From: Epithemia pelagica
Taxonomy: Eukaryota; Protista; Bacillariophyta
Assembly: GCA_946965045.2 (NCBI GenBank)
Contig: OX337242.1
Coordinates: 868,001-932,000, forward strand
DNA: 64,000 nt
Direction: 5' to 3'
Of the stretch, positions 11,619 to 20,381 are shown in pieces. The notes beneath the pieces were generated by a model, which saw only the letters and a program-made list of their open reading frames with translations, did no database searches and was not told the DNA's origin. The position numbers and the translations under genes are program-made. The stretch's first letter is position 1, and each line of letters opens with the position of its first letter.

Positions 11619-12257
11619 CCTGGAAAAGTCGGACAGGGCGTGTGTTTGAGAGAGAGAGGTTGTGGCGGTCTGTACCCGTAAAAGGCCTCGCGTCCAGTGT
11701 CCTGCTGTGAAACGACCTTGGTTATCCCGTGACGCCAACAGTCAGTCTTATATTGCTCGATAAAAGTTCGAACAAAGACCTATCCTTCCTGGTGGTCCCT
11801 TGTGTTTTTGCGCGAGACAGATAAGAATGTCTGGAGGAACACCAATCAAGTTGTGGTGCTCTGGTATTGTCCAAAGCCGTATGGGAGAGACGTGGACTCC
11901 CAAAACTGCGGGATCGTGGCGCTTGTTCCGATTCTAGCTGCCCACACTTGAACACTGTGACGCCTGGGGGGCGAGAAACTACGCCTTCTAAACGTCCTTT
12001 CATTATTCTTATTTCATTTTACCATCATTGAGAGTGAAGCTGAGAGGTTCATTTACAGTCTAGCAATATATATTGATAGGATACGTAGTATAGGAATTGG
12101 AGCAACGCACACTTTGTGCAGAAGTTAGACTTAGACTACTTATGCTACCCCTTCGAAAACCCTGAACCTTAGAAGATTTGACCCGATCGACGACCATGAA
12201 CGGCGGGGACTCAGCCTGAGAGATAGCGAGAAAACTGACAGGGTTGAGAACCACTCC

Positions 12258-12598
12258 ATGACACCAAACACAACAATAGTTGAAGATGTCGCTTCCTACG
12301 AATCGGTTGTGTCGGCCATTTATCTTGTCCTATTCATCGGCTTGCTTGTGGGATGTTCTCTCCTCAATTGTTGGATGGAGGAACGAAGAGAAAAGGAGCG
12401 TGTTCGTCAACGTCGTCGTCACCATCGCCGGAGGCAAACAAACAGTACTTAACTTCGTCTTTCAACGGACAAACCAAGCTGCAAATATATTGCTGTCAGA
12501 CACCTGATCACCGAAGCACCATGAGTGGTTCATTTCACCCGGCACCGAACGAACGATATCTGACTCGACCACGAAAACCTACGAGCTCGTTAGTCTGA
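12258..12598 (+). CDS. Possible small single-pass membrane protein
   Basis: ATG 12258, hydrophobic VVSAIYLVLFIGLLVGCSLLNCW followed by charged residues. Unspliced stop at 12452, or spliced via a putative GTTCGT..CAG intron 12402-12499 to a stop at 12598. No family recognised. Confidence 0.3.
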
Positions 12599-12951
12599 CA
12601 GTCAATCTGAAGAATGGGAAATAGAAACCTTTATCAAGAGACAATGCCCTCAACAGCGCTGGACATGCTTTGTCAAGAGCAGGGACAAAAACAATCTGCG
12701 CGCACAACGACTGAAAGCCATGGAAGACTAGTATCATACGAGAATGCCAAGTGAGCAAACTAGTGTCATGGAATTCGATGGAACTGTGTCCAATCGAACA
12801 GGTACACCCAAGTGGCTCAAACCCGAGAACTATGACAAGAGCGTCGACGGTTCGCTACGTGGTCAATCCACACAATCATGAAACAACATCCAATGCTCTC
12901 TGGCCCCTATTCGTTTTCTTCCACCTACTACATTCATTGGTGTTTGTTACT

Positions 12952-14659
12952 TCATATAATGTCACCTTCCTCTTCTGTTTCGACGTCTTTCTCCGTAGAA
13001 GTTTCCTGTTCATCGTACGGACCTGCTGTATCGTCTTCTTTCGCCTTGTCTGGTGCTGTTGCCTGGATGTTGTTTTCTTCTTCTTCGTCATCCTCTGGTT
13101 CACTGGGTTTTGGTTTCACTGGACTCCCTGCCCCTATAGGTTTTGGGAGAACATGAAGACATGAGTGTTTCAGAAACGTGCCAAGTCAGCGCAAAGCCAA
13201 CTACCAAATGGGTTTCTTTGTGGCCTTTTTCCAGCACGACTAGCTGTAAAATGCTGTCCCATAAACGTACCTTTGGGATAGTGATGTTCCATCCAATGAT
13301 CGGCAATTTGTTCCCGAGTGCAGATCCATACATCCCGACCATAACTTCGGGCAAAGTCCAAGAACTCGGCCACGGCTGCATCACGGCCCGGATGTGCCAA
13401 TCGACAATGCAACCCCACAGACATCATTCGCGGATGCCCGGCGCGACCTTCTTCCACCATGTAGCGAAGACTGTCTTTCAACTCTTGCAAAAAGGCGTCG
13501 TAATTGCAATATCCGTCGGACGTGGTGTAGCGCATGTCATTTTCCGTCAACTGTACGCATCGAAAGAGTGTAGCGACCAAAACAAGAGTGAGGAGCCACC
13601 AGTGGGTACATCTCCCTTGTGCGAGTTCAACCTACAGTGTATGGAATTGTTAGATGAAGTGTGTCGTCATGGTCCATGTTCCAATATGGCAAGTCGTCGC
13701 AGTAGGAGTCCGAATCGTATTTGAAGCCACCAATTTCGACTAGTAAGCGTCGTGTGTGCTCGCTTTCCTATAAGAGAAATCCAACATTGAGAGCAAAGGA
13801 TGAGAATGCATAACATTCTATTTCCATTCCACTTGTTGTTGGACTATCGAACGCACCTTCCCGGCATAATAGCCTACCGGTCTCCTTCCCAACATTTGCT
13901 GATGGATACGAATCGATCGATACATGTGTTCACGTTCCACTTCCTCGCCCGCATTCTTATAGTCAACCCATCGATATCCGTGCGATGCTACCTCCCAGTC
14001 CTACTAAAACAAAGATGTAGCATTGGGTAAGACGCGATGCAGATAGCATGGCCACAAGTTCCGTAACACAACACATGATAACGTACAGTTTGCTCACGAA
14101 GGCAGTGACAGACGGCAGGATTTCGTTCCAGGGCCATTCCCACTGCAAATACAGTGACTGGTGTTTTCCTTTTTGTGAACAATCGGTGGAGTCGCCAGAA
14201 TCCTGCCCTTGAACCATAATCATAGAGCGACTCCATGTTGATGTTTCGCTTGCCCTCCAACGGCTGAGCGTCTGGTAAATCAGACAAAAGAGACTCGCTT
14301 TCCTTATCTCCATGCAAGACACATCGTTCTCCTCCTTCTTCATAGTTGATGACAAAACTGAGGGCAACCTTGGCTCCCTTGGGCCATGTCACCGCTGGGT
14401 TGGCACCGTATCCGAGCAAATCGCGAGACGGTGTCCCTCCCCCGCCACCATACTTGGATTGTCCGTCGTTCTCATGACTCGTGAACGGCCACTCCTCGCG
14501 GGCAGACGACATGGCTCGAAGGGATACGGAATTGGATGTCTGTCGTTCCGTGGGAAATACCTTTGAAAAGGCCCCTCCGATGGCAGAATACAATTTTTCG
14601 ACCATGGTGGATGGTGGTCCCAGATTTTTTAAAAATGGGGTGTCATCAGTCATCATCAT
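12952..14659 (-). CDS. puuE: PuuE-type allantoinase (polysaccharide deacetylase fold), 5 exons
   Basis: Exons 14659-14087, 14000-13857, 13767-13636, 13550-13271, 13133-12952, all GT-AG and in frame. Motifs WPKGAKVALSFVINYEEGGE, ESLYDYGSRAGFWRL, WEVASHGYRW, YDSDSYCDDLPYW, MMSVGLHCRL, VWICTREQIADHW. Acidic tail in the last exon. Confidence 0.9.
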
Positions 14660-15424
14660 GGGGACGAATGTCTATCCCGAACCGTATTGGGCAGAATATC
14701 TTTTTCGCGACCAATATCGAATAAGGCAAAGTTAGTCGCTCCAATTATGCGACTACGAGAAGTTGAATCCGGCGGAATTGTGTCGCGAGCCACGCCCTTG
14801 GGCTATAGTATAAAATGTTGAACCTAAAAATATCACCGTCTTGGAGAAGCCTCGGATATTTCCCTCGGTATCAGTGTCCACTGCTTAGCTGTTTTTTGTC
14901 TGTGCCATCATTTTAGGTTCCCAGGTGGACACAGACATCATTTTTTGCTTTTGAGACAAATAGAAATGATCAAATGGCAAATTGGCACGCATACTCAGCT
15001 GGAGTTTTCACAGTTTGAAACAGACGCATGCCCAGCAAGCGGCCGTGCGTGGATAACTGCTGGTTGCTCCATAATTCATAATGACAAGCACACAATTCTT
15101 TTCTCTTGTTGCCGAAGCACATCGTACGAATGGCATTCCAGGTGAGTGTGATCCGTTGCCAATTGCCATGACAATTACATAGCTCATGCTCACTGATCAC
15201 TGACACTTGTCACTTTTGTTTGCTCTGCTCATGGGAAGAGAGGCGATCATCTGTTGTGTCTCTGGGTAGCTCATTACGTGCCATTCTACACTACATGTCG
15301 AAATGACGGATTTTTGATAACTTTCATTCGATTCATAAACAGACTGCAGACATTGTTTTCTTTATATACTAGGAGTAGAAATAGAACTCAAGTGCTATTC
15401 ATTCGTAGAGTTCAGTGCATTCTG

Positions 15425-15589
15425 CGAAGAAGAAACTACGAACACATCCTGAAGCACGTGTCGCTTCGCGCCTGTCCAAGAGATCGCACGTCGGTCACAA
15501 GAATCATGTCCGTTGAGGAGTTCACAAATTCCGAATCCTACAATCAAACAGATCTTTTTGCCGAAGGCCTCAGAAACCGAAAGGCTCCA
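15425..15589. repeat. Split direct repeat B2 (165 bp)
   Basis: Reads identical to 15854-16018 (cgaagaagaaactacg...aaggctcca). Confidence 0.92.
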
Positions 15590-15609
15590 GGGCGGGTTAG
15601 GGGAATTTT

Positions 15610-15853
15610 TAAACTAGCTAAGATCGTTGCGATCGTCTTGAACTCGTCTTTAGGCCTGCAAGAATGCTGGAATCCAGAAGAGTGAGCTCTTCTCAAAACA
15701 TCGGCACCTTTGCATTCGGTCATTCGAATCGTAGAGTCCGAGGGATCAAAATCGGATGCTCGCCTCGCGACGAGGCGGTGCAGTCGCACCTCGAATGTCA
15801 GTCGCCGAAGTCTGTCCAGCATCGGCCACGTCACTCCACATCAGTACAGACAA
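15610..15853. repeat. Split direct repeat A2 (244 bp)
   Basis: Reads identical to 23227-23470 (taaactagctaagatc...gtacagacaa). Confidence 0.92.
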
Positions 15854-16018
15854 CGAAGAAGAAACTACGAACACATCCTGAAGCACGTGTCGCTTCGCGC
15901 CTGTCCAAGAGATCGCACGTCGGTCACAAGAATCATGTCCGTTGAGGAGTTCACAAATTCCGAATCCTACAATCAAACAGATCTTTTTGCCGAAGGCCTC
16001 AGAAACCGAAAGGCTCCA
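15854..16018. repeat. Split direct repeat B1 (165 bp)
   Basis: Reads identical to 15425-15589 and abuts A2 directly, mimicking the circle junction. Confidence 0.92.
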
Positions 16019-16065
16019 CACCATCCGTCCCGAAGTAGCAATCCAACGATGGTCCATGTCGGATC

Positions 16066-17424
16066 TTACAAGTCGAGGTGGAGTGTGTTGGGGAAGTGAA
16101 TGAGGGGTCCTGGGCCATTGAAAAGGTTTTCTTCCGGCGATTCCATCGCCGTTTCGGTATTTGTCTGGAAGGCTGGATCGATGAGGTTGTCTAATCGATT
16201 GCAAAGTCGTTCCAGGGATTCGGTGCGGGAGGCGACGGTGGAACTGTCGAGGTGGCGAAAGTCTTGGGTGGTCAGCATCAGCTGAGCCATTCCAGACGTC
16301 CATTCAAGAACTTGTGGACGGATGTATCGCATGAACGCTGAGGAGCTCCATCGTCCCAAGATCATAATCTTGGCGACGGAACAATCAGCGAGAAAGAGAG
16401 ACATGGCCGCGCCGGATCTGATTGAATGAGTCCCAATGTCCATTGGGTGGTAGCCGAATTTTGTGTAGCCTCCACCGAGAGCGCAGGTTTCGCGAAGTAA
16501 ATTGCGCAAGTCTTCTTGTCGAATGAATCGTGGTGGTTTTGATGGTTTGGTTGGGTCGAACCAACAATTCACCGGCGTGTCTGGTGGGGCATTGGGGCAA
16601 AAGTGCAGAATGCGCCGAATCACACGTCCCCACATGAGAACAGGATCGAAGACGGGGTCGCTGGTTCTGCTCTGTGTGCGTGTTTCGGCTTTCTTGTTGT
16701 TTTTCTGATCGATAAAAGTGACGGAGACGTAAGCAGCCAGTTCGTTGAATCTTGGGTGGTCGGCTCGGATGGTAACATGTTTGTCTTTGGTGGTGAAGAC
16801 AATGTTGCCGATTGTGAGGAGTTTTGTTTTGCCTCTTGATGGAACGGTCAAGTATTCGCAGCTGCGCATGGCAAAGAAGAATGCGCAGCCGGCCAAATCA
16901 ACAATGTATGCGTCGAAGGTGGTGAATTCGAAGATGAACTTGGTTGGATGGCCTTTCGTTTTACGGACACAACAACGGACCCACATGAATCGCAAATGTT
17001 TTATTGTGATGGCCTTCTCTCTCTTTTCCGGGGGGTCAAGATTCTCCCACGCGCGCTTGAGGGGGGCGACGATGGGGTGGAGGTGACTGCCGTCTTGACT
17101 GTGGCAAGGGCTCGGCCGGTCGTGATGCCGGAAGCTCGATGCCAAGTCTCCAATGGCTTGTTGGAGAGTGCTCGCTCGAAGAGGGTTCGAGCTGTCGCGG
17201 TTGCGTGTGAACTCGGCTTCCCGGAGGCGTTGGAGGAAGGAGCATGCAACACTGGCTCTGTGGTTGGCGGCGTGGAGGGATTCGAGGAAGGGGTCGTGAC
17301 TGAATCCAATACCCCGCAAGTGCGTAAGCCATCGGTCCCAAGTTCGGTCGCGCTTTTGGTGGGATCCTTCGGTTTTGCCGAAGAAGATCCGGGAAACGGA
17401 GGCACGATGGAGCAAATCCAACAT
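16066..17424 (-). CDS. Tyrosine recombinase (ORF3) of the Ngaro element
   Basis: FFFAMRSCEY (catalytic R), HSIRSGAA (HxxR), ILGRWSSSAFMRYIR (W and catalytic Y). ATG at 17424; overlaps the 3' end of ORF2 by 424 nt. Confidence 0.93.
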   Translation of the reverse strand: MLDLLHRASVSRIFFGKTEGSHQKRDRTWDRWLTHLRGIGFSHDPFLESLHAANHRASVACSFLQRLREAEFTRNRDSSNPLRASTLQQAIGDLASSFRHHDRPSPCHSQDGSHLHPIVAPLKRAWENLDPPEKREKAITIKHLRFMWVRCCVRKTKGHPTKFIFEFTTFDAYIVDLAGCAFFFAMRSCEYLTVPSRGKTKLLTIGNIVFTTKDKHVTIRADHPRFNELAAYVSVTFIDQKNNKKAETRTQSRTSDPVFDPVLMWGRVIRRILHFCPNAPPDTPVNCWFDPTKPSKPPRFIRQEDLRNLLRETCALGGGYTKFGYHPMDIGTHSIRSGAAMSLFLADCSVAKIMILGRWSSSAFMRYIRPQVLEWTSGMAQLMLTTQDFRHLDSSTVASRTESLERLCNRLDNLIDPAFQTNTETAMESPEENLFNGPGPLIHFPNTLHLDL

Positions 17425-20381
17425 AAGATTTCGCTCGGGAGTTGTTTGATGCGAAAATTCTGAGGAATCTGTGAAGCATAATTTTCGTGAATGAAAAAGG
17501 TGAGTTCTCTGTCAGATTTTTCCCAAGCTCGAGATAAGATGTCTGACACCTCGTTCCTTTTCCCTGGTATGTGTTCCGCCTGGAGAGCAAACTTGTGGAG
17601 CATGACCAAGTGGGTCAGTTGTGCTGACACTTGGATGTGGAGTGGCTTGTCGGTTCCAAACGATGTCTTGTGGAGCCATCCCACGGCTGAAGAGTTGTCG
17701 GATAAGGCGAGAACGGCGGCATCTTCGGGGATGTCATGAAAGTAGCAATCCACCAAGATGGAGACCACAATCGCAATATACTCAAGAAGGTTATTCGATC
17801 GTTTTTCTTCGTCGATCGAGTGTGTGCGGAGAGTGTCGATGGCAGACTGGTGGATCTGCATCCGCCAGGCTCGGCCAGTGGATACCGAATATCCACCCAT
17901 TCCCTCTGGACAGGAGTCGGCGTGATAGAGATGGGTGGGGACTCGACACACGAGACGGTTCAGCGAGATTCCTTCGTGTGAATGTGAGAGAAGTGTTCTC
18001 CACATTTTCAAATCAGCAATCAACGATTCGGGGACGTTGTACCGGTAAAACGGTGGCGGCGTGTCACGGTTCGATCGTTTGGGATTGTCGGAATCTTGTT
18101 GTTGTTGATCGGCTGTTTTGGCTGCCTGTTTCTGTCGATATGTCCGTTCGATGAAGGTCTGGTATTCGCGGAGGCGACCGAGCCAGTGGGAGGCAAGGGG
18201 GATGCCCTTGATTGCATGTAACAATTTTCCATTGAGGCTTCGGAGATTGGCGAAAGTTGTTTTTCGTTTATCCAACAATTCTTGGACTTGTTTGGTCCAG
18301 CCGACCTTCTTCTCATACGGGAGGCGAAGAAGGAGTCGTCTGGTGTCAATGGTCCAGCCGAGAACACGTTGTTCTTCGACTGGGGCGCCCTCTGCCTTCA
18401 GTTTGTCGTCTTCCAGCATTGCTTTGCGGGTGATGGGTTCGTCGTCGGCGAGAGGTCGAGTCATAAGATGGACAATCAACGGAACGATGCATGGGCAGCG
18501 ATGAATGTTCTCTTCAGTGGCCAGGAACAATTGGATCATGTCATCTAAATAACAGTCATGAAATCCGTGGGGACGAGGAGGAACCATGACGGCTAGTTCT
18601 TGTGCTTGTGCAATGGGAATGTCTTCGGATAGGAATTGGGGCGGGCCAATGCCTGACTGAAGTGGGGAGACACAACAATCAGGCGTCCATTCTTGGAGAT
18701 CGGCAAGATCATTGCAAAGATCTGTCCCGATTTCGGAAACGACGGAAAACTCGGCGGGGTTGGCGGAGGCTCCGAAAGTCAGTCGAAGGTTCAGATGGGC
18801 GAACAAGTTTGACGGGTCGATGGTGATATTCCTGGCGGCCACTTCGCCGTCGCCATGGATGCGACGATAGGCCGATGCCCAATCGAATTTACTCAACAAA
18901 ATCTTCTCGGTGGGGTGGTGCCAGCGTAATACAACAATTTGATGAATGATGCGGTCAATGCAATGGCCCATCACGAGGTCAATTAGCTGTTCCTGATCGA
19001 TGAGGTCGTTTGTGGAGGGACAGAAACCGAGAGAGAAGGATTGGTCATGGGTCAAGCGGTCTTTGGGAATCAGGTCGCCGTGAGCGTCGATTCCCAACTG
19101 GTGAGCCACTCCCATCGGGCTGATACGACTATGTTTAATCGATTTTGCACAGCTAAATGTGATTGGGAGGGAGTAACCACGAGAGGCATCCTTAAGCAAG
19201 ACTTTGGTCAGTGCCTCAGGATTCTTCTTTCCTGAGGCATGGTTTCCATACTCAAGGATTGCGCCGTTCTCAGCTCGCCGTGCGGTCTCATCTTCCACAG
19301 CTGTGAGGGGGTAGGAGACGCCGTGAGAGATAATGGACTTGAGGCGAGGCCAATAGGGATGGCCTGCCAGTAAGGGCTCCAAGACTCCGGCTGGCCGGAA
19401 TTCGGATCCTGGGGAGATGACCGAGTATGGATAGGCGTCAAGGAGACGCTGCATGTCCATATCATATTCATCAATCAACCGTGAGTTGAATTCAGCGTTA
19501 GCGACAGCGACTTCATCTGGATGAATGTCGTGGCGAAACGGGGAATCGTGTGGTGTATCTTGCTCAGTCTGGGAGATGGCAATGATGACATCCAACGATA
19601 GGGGATGGCTTTCTTGACGGAGTGCCGGAGGGAAGAGTCGGTTCGGGAAGATCTTGGGTACATCGTTCGGGAGGTAGGGCTTGGGATCATCATACTTGGG
19701 GAAAGGACGGGGCAATAGTCTAAACTCACCTAATAGTTGAACATCCGCGTTTCGAGCATCTTGTAGTCGTTTCACATTCCGGTGGAGAGGGCGTCCCGAG
19801 AAGTCAGATCCTTCAATCGCAGATTCGCTTCCTGGAAGAGAATTCTGGATTTGTGAGGATAGATTTGGGGGAAAATGGTCGGTGGTCTTGGGGGTCGTGT
19901 CAAGGGTAAGGAAACTTGAAGGGCGGAGAGCCGAATCCGAAGGGGCTGGGATCAACGAGAGCGAATCGGAAGGGGATAAAGTCTTGGGGATAACTGGAGA
20001 AAGCGAAGCCGGCTGACTTGCATCAAAAAGTTGAATCTTGTTGAGAGATCCACAGTCCGTTGGAAAACGCACATGTGGAGTCGTCGTCAAAAGATTTGTC
20101 TTGGGGAGAATTTGTCTATGGATCGCAGCAGCACAAGCATCTGGATGCCGTGTGTGGTTTTGAGATGGTTGATGGGGAAGGAAGGGATTTGCTGTTGAGG
20201 GAATGGATGGGATGTCATGGGATGACAGGGAAGCGAGAGGTGGAAGAAACGATGGAACTATTATCGGAGCGGATGAGTGAACTATGGGGAGACGATGGGA
20301 GAAGTCAACGGGTTGACTGTCGACGTTCGGTGGTCCAGGAAGGGGAGATATGGAGGAAGTGACAATCAACCCTTCATGGCG
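17001..20381 (-). CDS. Reverse transcriptase / RNase H (ORF2) of the Ngaro element
   Basis: KDRLTHDQSF, SKFDWASAYRRI, LTFGASANP and CYLDD (RT); HADSCPEGMGG, NNLLEY, SDNSSAV and HIPGKRNEVSDILSR (RNase H). No ATG until 19460; in frame with ORF1. Confidence 0.93.
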   Translation of the reverse strand, partial: RHEGLIVTSSISPLPGPPNVDSQPVDFSHRLPIVHSSAPIIVPSFLPPLASLSSHDIPSIPSTANPFLPHQPSQNHTRHPDACAAAIHRQILPKTNLLTTTPHVRFPTDCGSLNKIQLFDASQPASLSPVIPKTLSPSDSLSLIPAPSDSALRPSSFLTLDTTPKTTDHFPPNLSSQIQNSLPGSESAIEGSDFSGRPLHRNVKRLQDARNADVQLLGEFRLLPRPFPKYDDPKPYLPNDVPKIFPNRLFPPALRQESHPLSLDVIIAISQTEQDTPHDSPFRHDIHPDEVAVANAEFNSRLIDEYDMDMQRLLDAYPYSVISPGSEFRPAGVLEPLLAGHPYWPRLKSIISHGVSYPLTAVEDETARRAENGAILEYGNHASGKKNPEALTKVLLKDASRGYSLPITFSCAKSIKHSRISPMGVAHQLGIDAHGDLIPKDRLTHDQSFSLGFCPSTNDLIDQEQLIDLVMGHCIDRIIHQIVVLRWHHPTEKILLSKFDWASAYRRIHGDGEVAARNITIDPSNLFAHLNLRLTFGASANPAEFSVVSEIGTDLCNDLADLQEWTPDCCVSPLQSGIGPPQFLSEDIPIAQAQELAVMVPPRPHGFHDCYLDDMIQLFLATEENIHRCPCIVPLIVHLMTRPLADDEPITRKAMLEDDKLKAEGAPVEEQRVLGWTIDTRRLLLRLPYEKKVGWTKQVQELLDKRKTTFANLRSLNGKLLHAIKGIPLASHWLGRLREYQTFIERTYRQKQAAKTADQQQQDSDNPKRSNRDTPPPFYRYNVPESLIADLKMWRTLLSHSHEGISLNRLVCRVPTHLYHADSCPEGMGGYSVSTGRAWRMQIHQSAIDTLRTHSIDEEKRSNNLLEYIAIVVSILVDCYFHDIPEDAAVLALSDNSSAVGWLHKTSFGTDKPLHIQVSAQLTHLVMLHKFALQAEHIPGKRNEVSDILSRAWEKSDRELTFFIHENYASQIPQNFRIKQLPSEILCWICSIVPPFPGSSSAKPKDPTKSATELGTDGLRTCGVLDSVTTPSSNPSTPPTTEPVLHAPSSNASGKPSSHATATARTLFERALSNKPLETWHRASGITTGRALATVKTAVTSTPSSPPSSARGRILTPRKRERRPSQ

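Noticed and set aside
14970-15206. Cys-rich ORF as a piggyBac C-terminal domain remnant
   Set aside because: Cys/His spacing does not convincingly fit and no DDD core is found nearby.
15590-15609. Telomere-like GGGTTAGGG in the A2-B2 linker
   Set aside because: A single 9-mer with only three G-tracts; expected by chance.
15254-16099. Plus-strand ORFs repeated at 15254, 15710 and 23281
   Set aside because: They are translations of the A/B terminal repeats, not genes.
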